From an uncultured delta proteobacterium (lineage in GTDB: Bacteria > Desulfobacterota > Desulfomonilia > UBA1062), in assembly GCA_963752595.1 (NCBI GenBank), contig CAVVYZ010000009.1, positions 64,001 through 128,000 of the forward strand: a DNA stretch of 64,000 bases, in the 5' to 3' direction. This document shows, one piece after another, positions 10,123 through 20,119 of this stretch (position 1 is its first letter; every line of letters starts with the position of its first letter). A program made the translations under genes and the position numbers. The notes beneath the pieces are model-generated. The model searched no databases. It had not been told where the DNA came from and saw only the letters and a list, made by a program, of their open reading frames with translations.

Positions 10123-12535
10123 ATGACGACACGATTCCGTTTATCCGGCAGAGTCTTCATTCTTGCCGTATGCCTGCTCTTCGTAACCTTCTGCAAGGCC
10201 TCCGCACTGGAGCACCTGGAATGCGGCGGTATCTCCATCTACTACTCGGACGGCGAGGAAGAGATCGGCCTCCGGCTTCAGCAGAAGACGCCCGAGATCC
10301 TCTCCTACCTGGAAGAACGGGGGATTGTGCTCTCGTTTCCCCTCCATGTGATCGGGCCTGCCATCGGTTGCCCATCGCTTTTTCGGCGAGGCGGTCTCCC
10401 CGAATATTCTCCTGCCGCCCTGGATAACCGAGGGTGTATGCAGGATCCTCTGGGCCGGATATTCCGGATCGCCGATCGATGACCCGTTCAGCCGGGCACT
10501 GTTTTGCACCTCTATGCCTAAGGATATCTCGGATGTGAGCAATCACCCCGGCAAGTGGCCCGGATACTACAGCTACCGGATATACGGCATCCCTTTTGTC
10601 TCGTGGCTGGATTCCCGCTACGGCTGGGGGAAAATCATGGAATTCTTCACTCTCCATGGAAGAGGCATCCTTCCCATCGAGATCGACACCAAGGCAAAGA
10701 AGGCCTTCGGAAAGACATGGCCCGGCCTCTGGGCTGATTGCATCCAAGGGATGCCTTCCTCCTGGGACAGCAGCCCGGGCAAGGTTGATGAAAATCCCTG
10801 CCGCAAGCAGAAGGAAACCCCACAACAGGCTGCGGAGAATTTTCTGATTGAAGGCTACTGGCCCGATCCTTTTATCTACTGGAATTCATATGGGATATAT
10901 CCCGGCAGGATGAGCTTTCAGGGGCACGGCAGGTATGGGTTCGTGGACCCGGATGGTATCTTGTGGCTTTCCGAATACTTCGGTGAAGAGTCATTACATG
11001 TCACGGGCCATTGGAAAGGAATTGCGATCAACCCAAGCAAAAGCCACGTCTGGGACCCCGCTCCGGGCGGTATTGCCGTGAGCCGCGAGGGGTCAAGGCC
11101 CTGCCTGGTTTTTCTTTGTGCGGAAGAGAAACCCCCTCTTACCAGGATAACAGCCGGTCGCATTATCCCTGCTCCGCCAGAAGCTCTCCAGCTGTCGGGC
11201 CCGGTCGTGGACAGTAAAGGCCGGATAGCAGTATCTGCAAACGTGGGCGGGAACTGGGATATCTGGATGTATGACACCGGGTGGAAGAGGATCACCGCTT
11301 CTCCCAGCATTGAGATGGACCCCTGGTGGATCGGCAGGAGTCTTGTTTTTGCATCCAATATTTCAGGCATATTCCAGATACATAACGCTGACATGTCGCA
11401 AGTGACCAAATCCGAGCTAGGGGCCATGCTGCCCAGGAACGGCACATACCTTAGCCTGAAGAATTCCGGGTGGGCCGTAGAACGCTTTCAGGAGCAGTTG
11501 CCTTATGTGAGTCTTCCCGAGGTCGGAGCAACCGGCAGCGAGGTACTGCACACTCGATCGGATGCGCAGCCGTATTCTCCCTGGCCGAGCATCCTGCCTG
11601 ATTTCATGGCCCCCGACCTCTACTTGGGCCCCTCCGATCTCCAGGCAGGCCTTGTCACCTGGGGCAGGGATGTGAGTGATGATTACTCCATGAGGGCCGG
11701 GTTCCGGTATTCCTTTGCTCTTGATTATCTCTCATTCCAGGCAAGTACCTGCATCAAGGGTATCGGTCCGGCTTATACCCGGTACCCCCTTTCCTATGAT
11801 CCTGAAAACTCACCGGAGACGGAAGAATCGAGAAATGAGGCATCCATCTCTTACAGCCCATCCTGGCTCGGCGGCCTCACCCTAGCTCTCAACAGGCTTT
11901 CTTACGAGCCCCTTGAATCCGGAGGGCCTACCGACAGTGAGTCGTGGGGCGGCATCACCTTCAGCAAGCAGTTCTCCTCCATCAGCCCGAGCCTTACTGC
12001 CGAGGTCTTTTCCGGAGGTCGCACGTCCCTATTCAGCGCTTTCCGCTTCGTCTACGGGTCCGGCGTTATTTTCACCTCCGATATCCAGGCAGGCAAGACC
12101 TGGGGAGACACCGTGCCGGGGCATGGGACATTCCGGGTGGGCGGGGATACCGGTGAAGGATACTTCACCCGGCGGGCCTCACGGCTCTTCCCTTTACGTG
12201 GATTCGCACCGAATATCCTTGAAGCGGATCAGGCTTTCACCACAAGCCTTGAAATGTATTATCCGCTCGCAGATCTCCAGATGGGTCACAAGACATTGCC
12301 GCTTTTCTTCCACACGCTCTCTCTCGGGACTTTTATCGATGCAGGAGTCTGCTCTGAAAAGATAACCGGGGATCAATTCATGGCGGGAGCCGGGTTCGAG
12401 CTCATCACCTCGATGGAAATCGCCTGGGGCACCTTTTCGGCATTCAAGATGGGCATTGCCTGGCCTGTGGCACAGCCGGATTACCTTGATGAAAGAGGCC
12501 CTGTCCTCGTGCTCCAGATCGGAAGGCCTCTGTAA
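10123..12535 (+). pseudogene. Secreted/outer-membrane protein (peptidase-MA-like N-domain, TolB-like propeller, Omp85-like C-terminal barrel), interrupted near 10350
   Basis: Signal peptide in ORF 10123. The frame of ORF 10514 extends upstream to ~10352 (PNILLPPWITEG). GNWDIW and SGIFQI propeller repeats; FPLRGF and beta-strand-rich C-terminus. Confidence 0.6.
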
Positions 12536-12550
12536 TAGAGGATTACGGAT

Positions 12551-12586
12551 AAAAAAAAGCCGGCAGTCCCGACTGCCGGCTTTTTT
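12551..12586. terminator. Bidirectional intrinsic terminator
   Basis: A8-GCCGGCAGTC-CC-GACTGCCGGC-T6 perfect inverted repeat between convergent genes. Confidence 0.9.
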
Positions 12587-12603
12587 ATGCAAAACTAAAT
12601 TGA

Positions 12604-13278
12604 TTAATCTTTTTTCCTGCGGAAACCGGCAAGCCCGAGACCGGCATATGTAAAGGTCTGTGCCCCTACCACGGGAGAGAAATATGGGGTGATGGCTGCC
12701 GAATAATTCAGAGTCCCTGAAGCGAGACCGCTGTTCACGTCATAGCGGACCGGATGGTCGTCCCTGATATCCCATGTACCTGCATATGGAGCAGTCCAGA
12801 CACCCTGGTAGTTCGGCCCGTTCAAAGAATAATTGTCCCGGGCGCCGGAGAGAACATATCCCTGCTTGGTACCGGCATAATTTGAACCTATGGAGTTGGA
12901 ACCGAGGACAAATGTCCCAGGGGCAAAGGAATAAATAGTCCTTGAGCTGGTATCCACAACATAATCCCAAAAACCATCGGCCTTCAGATCGATACATAGG
13001 TCACCCGGGGTAATGGGGCCGTAATCAGCCGAATTAATATAATTGAAGGTAACGCTGTTCAGTACGCCCTCATTAACATTGACCGATCCTCCCAGGAGGT
13101 TCGGGGTACCTATAGTATCTCTTGAATTATCTGTTGTCCCCTGCGCCCAGGTACACACCCCACCGCCCCAGCCGGTCCAGTTTCCGGTGGTATCTCCGAA
13201 CCGGATTTCCAGGGAATGGGCATTGAATGCAAATAAAGCTAGAAAAACGACTGCTTGGGTAAATGTTCTCATCTTCAT
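12604..13278 (-). CDS. PEP-CTERM-like secreted protein lacking the VPEP motif
   Basis: Signal peptide; Gly/Thr/Asn-rich body; ends GLGLAGFRRKKD like a PEP-CTERM tail; divergent from prsK/prsR. Confidence 0.7.
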   Translation of the reverse strand: MKMRTFTQAVVFLALFAFNAHSLEIRFGDTTGNWTGWGGGVCTWAQGTTDNSRDTIGTPNLLGGSVNVNEGVLNSVTFNYINSADYGPITPGDLCIDLKADGFWDYVVDTSSRTIYSFAPGTFVLGSNSIGSNYAGTKQGYVLSGARDNYSLNGPNYQGVWTAPYAGTWDIRDDHPVRYDVNSGLASGTLNYSAAITPYFSPVVGAQTFTYAGLGLAGFRRKKD

Positions 13279-13312
13279 GTTGCGCTACTATGTAAAAGTA
13301 TTATCAATATAA

Positions 13313-13327
13313 GCAACAGATATACTA
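13313..13327 (-). promoter_or_regulatory. Degenerate sigma-54 -24/-12 promoter
   Basis: Minus strand reads TAGTAT-ATCTG-TTGC against consensus TGGCAC-N5-TTGC, with AG in place of the invariant GG. IHF-like TTTCAATTAGTTA at 13346-13358. Confidence 0.4.
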
Positions 13328-13378
13328 TCTTACTTTCCATTTTGATTTCAATTAGTTATGAGTATCAATGACCGGAAA

Positions 13379-13395
13379 CGTCGGTATTATTAACA
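13379..13395 (-). promoter_or_regulatory. Putative PrsR enhancer (PEP-CTERM box) 1
   Basis: Minus strand TGTTAATAATACCGACG, similar to the site at 13534. Confidence 0.45.
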
Positions 13396-13533
13396 AAATC
13401 GATCCAATATCTCTGGGGAGTGGATATTATTGTGGGTTTTCTCCCTTACGGGAATATTTTGTAAATGTAATTATCTTTATGATTTTCCTTTCTTTTTCCG
13501 ATACAACATGTGATTCATGCGAATCGGAGGCCC

Positions 13534-13550
13534 TGTAAAGTATCTCGACA
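13534..13550 (+). promoter_or_regulatory. Putative PrsR enhancer (PEP-CTERM box) 2
   Basis: TGTAAAGTATCTCGACA fits the recalled TGTAAA-N6-CGACA element found upstream of PEP-CTERM genes. Confidence 0.55.
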
Positions 13551-13596
13551 GCACGCCTCATAAATGATATAAAAATTAAAATAAAACGGCTTCTTT

Positions 13597-15672
13597 ATGG
13601 AATTATTGATATTCTCGGTGCCTGCACTGATAAGCCTTTTGGGGGGCGTGATCATTCTTGCCAGGAGTGGGGCAAGGTATGGGCGCACTATTGCGATCGG
13701 CCTCCTGTTCCTTTCTTTTACTGAAACCGCCTATGCCCTCTTTTCTCTCACAGACAGTCTGGCATTTCTGCGGATTGCATCGTTCTTCGAGGCTTCCAGC
13801 ACCGCTGCATTCCTCCTTTCAGTGACACTCATGGAAAAAGGGCTTTCCAAAAACAGAGCCCTCATAAAATGGGAGCAGTATCTGCTTTCCATTTTCTGCA
13901 TCCTGTATGGGGCTCTGGTTCTTTATCTGCCTGAACATGCGCTTTCATGGGGAATCGAGGGCGCTATCCACCTTGGGTGGATCACGAAGGTACAGTCAGT
14001 GTTTATCCTCATCAATGCGGTAATCTTCATATGGATCATGGAAAACATCCTGCGCTCCAGTACGGATGAGCAGAGACGCATCCTCAAGTATCCTGCTTTG
14101 GGCATCATTGCATTGGGGATAGCTTTTATGCTCATGGCTGTTCGCCGTCTCAGCACAATGATAGCAAGTGAAGAGATGCTCATCCTCTATTCCCTGATTT
14201 TTCTGGTGGGCATGGTCTTTGTCATCTTCTTTTCCATCCGATTCAAGCTCTTTGAGATGGATATCTTCGTGTCACGGTACATTGTCTATCACTCGCATCA
14301 CATTCCTCAGCATCGGCTCATACCTCTTGCATGGGCCTCATTATCCTCTGGATACAAAGCCTCGGCATGAGGCTTTCTTTCGTAGTGACGGGTTCTTGGT
14401 ATTCATTGCGCTTATTCTCTATCCATCCTTGTTCTTTCACCCGAGAGATGCAAAGGCGCGGCTGAAGTTCTTCATCAACACCCATTTCTTCTCCAACAAA
14501 TATGATTATCGCAAGGAATGGGGCGAGCTGAGCGGCTACCTCTCTATCGCATTCAATGAGAACCAGATCATCCATCTCACGTCTCAGGTGATCCTGGACA
14601 GCATGTACATCAACGAGCTCTCCATATGGCTGCATGGATGGCGCCTGTTTCAGCGAGCTGTTATGCATTTCCCGCATAACTCCGGCGATAAACAGATGAT
14701 CTCATGAAGAACCACTTCAGAATATTAGCTGAAGAACAATCCTTATTTCCTGCAGCAAAACTCCCAGGGCTCCCGGAGACCACCTTTGGGAAACGGTTAC
14801 AAACGGTCAGAGCCATTTTTAGATAAAAACAAGATCGAGCTCGCCGTATCCATGATGGCGGAGAATAAATGATAGGTTTTATTGCAGTGGGAAAGGAAAA
14901 TCCTGGAACACCGTATGGCCGCGACGACATCGACCTTCTCACGGCAATTGCCTCTCAGTCCAGTGCAGCCCTGATGAGCGCCCGCTATGCCCAGGAGCTG
15001 GCAGCGAACAAGGAGCTCGATGCCTATACCCGCATGTCCTCGTACGTACTCCATGACCTGAAAAATGCTGCAGGAAACCTCTCCCTGATACTTCAGAATG
15101 CGCCGAACCATATGGACAATAAGGATTTCCGCGAAGACATGCTGGATACCATTTCGCAGACTTTGAAGCGCATCGACAAGGTCATGTTCAGACTCGGCGC
15201 TATCCGCACAGAAAGCGAGCTTCCAAGAGGGTATCCACTGGAAGCATTCATTGACGGATTGCTTGCCAAGCTTTCATCCCGCCTTCAGGGTGTCTCTGTA
15301 GAAAAGTCGATCGAGACGGGGCTGGAAATAAAGACAGACATGGAAATGTTGGAGCGGGTATTGGAAAACATCATCATCAATGCCACGGAGTCGGTTTCCC
15401 ATAACGGGAAGATTCATATTCGTGCAGGCAGGAACGGACAGAAATCCTATATATCCATCATGGATGACGGAACAGGAATGACTGAGGAATTCTTGCGGGA
15501 AAAAATGTTCAAACCCTTCCAGACAACCAAGAAGAACGGTACGGGCCTTGGTCTCTGGCAGGTAAAAAACATCGTGGATCAGCTGGGCGGAACGATCAAT
15601 GTCGAGAGCAACATCGGCCAAGGCTCCCTTTTCACTATTCTTTTTCCTGATGAGTCATATTTTTTCCGATAA
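13597..15672 (+). CDS. prsK: PEP-CTERM system histidine kinase PrsK (several frameshifts at 14.3-14.85 kb)
   Basis: Multi-TM N-terminus; ARLKFFINTHFFSNKYDYRKEW; GAF-like region; YVLHDLKN H-box; FKPFQTTKKNGTGLGLWQ. Confidence 0.82.
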
Positions 15673-15725
15673 AGACGGGTGTCTCGGACGATAAACAAGA
15701 TTGCAAAACCATTGAGGAACTTAAG

Positions 15726-17080
15726 ATGAGCAAGAAGCGATATACTGATCGTGGAAGATGAATCGAGCATGGCAAAACAGCTGAAATGGGGACTTGCCGA
15801 TGCCTATGACATATCCTTGCAGCAACCGCCCCCGATGCGCTTGGACTTATCCCGAAAATCCCCCCTTGTCGTCCTGCTGGACCTGGGCCTCCCCCCGACC
15901 CGGACAGGGCAACGGAAGGGACTCAATCTCCTCAAAGAGATCGTTCATATGCCTGAAAATATTAAAGTGATCGTCATTACCGGAAACACGCGAGAAGGAT
16001 GTCGCTGCCAAGGCAGTGTGGCTCGGGCGCATATGATTATCATCAGAAGCCCGTAAATATTGAAGAGCTCAAGATCGTCCTGAAACGGGCCTGCTACCTG
16101 TCCGACCTCGAACAGCACATTACCGAACTCAGGGAGGTTATATCGGAAAAAACCCAGTTCGAGGGAATGGTCGCCATTTCCCGCTCGATGATGGACCTCT
16201 TTGAAAGGGCCAAGAGTGTTGCACGCACCGATTATCCGATCCTTATCCAGGGCCAGAGCGGAACAGGAAAGGAGCGACTTGCGCAGGCTATCCACGCCCT
16301 AAGCGACCGGGCGGAAAAGCCCTTTATCATCGTCGATTGCGGGGCAATCCCTGAAAACCTGCTGGAGAGCGAGCTCTTCGGACATGAAAAAGGCTCGTTC
16401 ACAGGCGCACACGCCCGGCAGATCGGCAAGCTGGAAAGGGCGCAACAGGGAACCGTCGTCCTGGATGAGATCGGAGAGCTGCCCGCTCCTTCTCCAGGTA
16501 AAACTCCTGAGATTCCTCCAGGAGGGGACCATCGAACGGATCGGCGGCAAGGAGCCTATCAGCGTGGATGCTCGGGTCATCGCGATCACCAATGTCGACT
16601 CTCGCGGGCGGTCAAAGAGAATCTTTTCCGGGAAGATCTTTACTACCGGCTCAACGTTGTCCCGCTGATGGTACCGACACTGAAAGAACGTCCGGAAGAT
16701 ATTCCGGTCCTGGCGAAGTATTTCCTCGAGACCTATTCGCAGGAGATCGGTCCGAAATTCAAAGGCTTCAGCCCAGAGGCCATGGATGCGATGACAAGCT
16801 ATGACTGGCCGGGAAATGTCCGCGAGATGCAGAACAGGATACGCCGCGGCGTGGTCATGGCGGAAGGGGATTTTATCGAGCCGAGCGATATCGACCTGCA
16901 GGCATCCGGCCAGGAGATCAAGACTCTCAAACAGTTACGGGATGAAGCGGAGATAAAAGCGATCAGCAGGCCCTTGCCCGGAACAATTACAACATCACGC
17001 GTGCTGCGCACGAGCTGGATATCAGCAGGCCGACCCTGCACGATCTCCTGAAAAAACACGACATCCAGATTCAGAAATGA
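15726..17080 (+). CDS. prsR: Sigma-54-dependent response regulator PrsR (several frameshifts)
   Basis: ILIVEDE; LLDLGLPP; GAYDY.QKP; GQSGTGKE; [15 protein letters not shown]; WPGNVRE; C-terminal HTH ([13 protein letters not shown]). Confidence 0.85.
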
Positions 17081-17111
17081 CGTTCCGCCGGGGATAAAGC
17101 CTGTCGCCGCT

Positions 17112-17351
17112 TTATGGCCGGTCAGACATAAGGGTGAGCAGATCCTCCTTCAGCGACTTGATCTGCCGGTGCTTCTCCAGATATATCTGCTCAAACCGGT
17201 CAAACCTCCTAGTGAGCTCTATAATCTCATTCTCCAGAGTCTTGATCCTCTCGGACAACGACGCGAGCCCTGACTTGGCATCGACGTCGGATGAGATATC
17301 CTCCATAAGATCGAGGAGGTCGCTCACCTTTTTCGAGGTATCAGGATCCAT
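17112..17351 (-). CDS. Small coiled-coil protein, overlapping the end of the PomX-like gene
   Basis: 79 aa intact ORF with GAGAGG SD and heptad pattern (LSERIKTLENEIIELTRRFDRFEQ). Confidence 0.65.
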   Translation of the reverse strand: MDPDTSKKVSDLLDLMEDISSDVDAKSGLASLSERIKTLENEIIELTRRFDRFEQIYLEKHRQIKSLKEDLLTLMSDRP

Positions 17352-18291
17352 ACACCTCTCGTTTGGCTTTCAGTCGGATATGGGCAAGAGAGGAATATAC
17401 CCGGTCGAGGGCATTCTTGAGCTCCATCGATTTCCTGCTCGAGGGGCTCACGCTTCTGATATTCCTCATCCAGCTTTGACTCCAGCTCAAAAACCCTGCT
17501 GTTGCTGATGGAGAGATCCCGCTCGAGGATGGATACCTTGACATCCATCTTCGCCTTTTCATGGATTTCTTTATTGAGCTTGCTGAACCGGCATTCCACG
17601 TCTGTGCGCCGGGCAGTTTCCTGCTCTATGGTAATTGTCTTTTCTTCGAGAAGGCCGACCATGTTCTGGATGTAGAGGTCGGCGTCTTCGAGCTGCTCAT
17701 TCAGAAAATCGATCTCCCTCTCGATCAAGGTGTTGTCGAGGGTGCCCTTTTCGATCTCGGCCTGATGCTTGCTTTGAGCCGTGCGTTTTCCCGCGCAACC
17801 TCTTCGACGGCGGATGAGCTCTTCTCCAGCTGCTGCTGGATCGCCTTTTTTTCAAAGATCATCTGGGTGAAATCAGAGTTGATATCCTTGATGGTCTCCA
17901 CAGCCTTTACGATGCTCTCGTTCTTCTGAAGAACAGCGCTCTGCAAAACAGGCTCGGCTTTGACCTCTCTCCGGAGTTCAATCCTGGCCGCAGGTGTGAT
18001 CTTCTGCTTATTATCAGGCCGGTCTCGATAGTGATCTCCTGCTTCTCTTCAGCAAGGGCTTCAGCCACGATTTTCGGTTTTTCTTTCCCTTTGGATTCCA
18101 CAACGATTTCCCGGGCCTCTTCGGCAGCAGGAGCTGCCGCCTCTCTCCCGGTGTTTAAGGTCTCCCGGGTTCGGCTTTTCCTCTTCCTGGGCCTTCAGCA
18201 GGACGGGATCAACATTCCATGGCCTGTTAGGCCTTTTCTTCTGTATTTTGGGCATCTTTTCAGCAACACTTCTATCGAAACCGTCTTTCAT
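17341..18291 (-). CDS. pomX: PomX-like protein (N-terminal basic peptide, low-complexity linker, long coiled coil), frameshifted
   Basis: Starts MKDGFDRSVAEKMPKI after a GAGGAG SD; fragments 17907, 17725, 17324 and 17341 form a continuous coiled coil; downstream of a PomZ-like ATPase. Confidence 0.6.
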
Positions 18292-18387
18292 ACACATTTT
18301 CTCCTCAGGTCATTATAGCCGCATCTTTAACGGTCATTTCCATTATGGTCATTACGTGGTGGAATGATAAATAAATCATAAATCTCC

Positions 18388-19346
18388 TTAAAAGGCAATC
18401 GGCAGGTTGGGATAAATTTCTTTGATGAACGAATTGATGTCCACGGCACCGCGGTTGTTCGGCGCATACTGGTGGATGGGCATTCCCATGCTCGCCGCCT
18501 CGGCAATCTTTGTATCCTGCCTGATGATGGTCTTCATGAGATATCCACTGTAGTGCTTCTCCAGAGCATCCTTTGACCTCAGGCAGATATTGTGGGATGC
18601 ATTGAAATGGTTCAGGAAGATATAGATGTTATCCAGCAGAAAGTCGAAGTCCTCTTCTATGGTGGTGAGGGTCTCGAAGAGGATCTTGAGCCCATGGTAG
18701 GAGAGAAAGTCCGCCAGGACAGGGACGAAGAGTTCATTGCTCGCCAGGATGCCGTTCAGGTTCAGGAGCCCTATGGAGGGAGAAGCATCCATGATGATGA
18801 TGTCATAATCGTCCTGGATGAGCGCCAGACCTTTCTTCAGCCGCAGCTCGCGGGCATTCATGGAGGTCAGGGACAGCTCGACGGGAGAGAGATCAAGGTT
18901 CGCGGGGATGAGCTTGAGGTTCTTCATCTTGGTATTGAGATCACATCATGGATATCCATCCGCTCGATGAGGACATTGTAGAGCGTGGCATCAAACGAGC
19001 TGTGGTCGATCCCGAGGCACTGGGTGAGATGTCCCTGGGGGTCGAGGTCGATCATGAGTACATTCATGCCGAGCTGGGCGAGCCGGAAGGCGTAAAATGC
19101 CGAAACACTCGTCTTCCCTGTTCCCCCTTTGAAATTCAGGAAGATCTGCCTGCGCTTGGTGGAAACAAGCGGCGGCTTCCCGAGGGCATGCAGGTACGCA
19201 GGATTTCATGGGGTGCATACACCCGTATTCCGTCAGCCATCTGGGGTTGCGGCAGCGTTCCTTCTGTCTCCATCTTGAGCAGCGCAGCCTTTGAGATCCC
19301 GAGCAGAGAGGCAAATTCTTTGGCTGTATACAGCTGGCTGCTCCAT
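18388..19346 (-). CDS. pomZ: PomZ-like ParA/MinD ATPase with N-terminal HTH-like extension, frameshifted
   Basis: Reconstructed frames: LYTAKEFASLLGIS...RRQIFLNFKGGTGKTS...IDLDPQGHLTQCLG...GLLNLNGILASNELFVPVLADFLSYHGLKILFET...TIIRQDTKIAEA. Confidence 0.8.
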
Positions 19347-19361
19347 CTTATATCCTTTCTC

Positions 19362-20021
19362 TCATGAGTTCCCACCAGCCTTGCCACTTTGCAATGATCC
19401 ATTCGAATTCGTCATCCGAAGCGCCGCATCGGCTCGCCGAAATCCTCTCCGGTGAGCCTCTTCAATGTCCTGATTGCCTGCATCCTGACATCGAACGTGC
19501 TGTCCTCCAGCGCCTTGATCACATGCTGGATCTTCTTCCTTACTACCCCATATCCCCACCAGCCGCAGACGCATCCTTTCTCACCATGGGATCAGGATCC
19601 TCAAGGGCGAGTACGGACTACGGCCTCCAGAGCTGATTTGTCATTGATCCAGAAGAGATAGCTGATGACCCTCCTGCGGACATACGGATCGCTGTCGCCA
19701 AGCCATCGTGATGCCGTCTTCAATGGTAAATGCCCCTCCTGAACAGATAGCGGATGGCCGAGCCGCCTCACCTTGGGGTCGGGAGCTTTCGGATGCGGCA
19801 CGGAAAACGGATGAGAAATCGTTTTCGTCATCGAACAGGATGTCATAGAGACCGTAGCCGTCGGCCTTGTCGGCATCTTTCAGAATGGATGCAATGAGCT
19901 CACCGGAACAGGAAGCGTCCTTGAGGAGCGCCTTGGCTGCCAATTTCTTGATTTCAGGGTCGCTGTCTTTCAGATCAACTGAGATCTGGTCCAAACCTAC
20001 CCGTTTCAAGAACCCCTCCAT
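19362..20021 (-). CDS. HEAT-repeat protein (PomY-like, short), frameshifted
   Basis: Repeats LKDSDPEIKKLAAKAL, PDPKVRR, LGDSDPYVRRRVISYL; first gene of the operon before pomZ. Confidence 0.6.
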
Positions 20022-20036
20022 TTTCTTTGAGTGGCA

Positions 20037-20066
20037 AGTATAAAGGGTAATGGAAGCGGGAGTCAA
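20037..20066 (-). promoter_or_regulatory. Sigma-70 promoter of the pom-like operon
   Basis: TTGACT-N18-TATACT on the minus strand. Confidence 0.6.
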
Positions 20067-20119
20067 GAGTATCTAAAAAACTGTTTAACCTTTGTTCCAA
20101 TAATGCTAGCTTCACCCCC

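Noticed and set aside
18388-19346. ParA as a plasmid or chromosome partition locus
   Set aside because: No parB, rep or parS nearby; housekeeping context; motifs and neighbours fit PomZ better.
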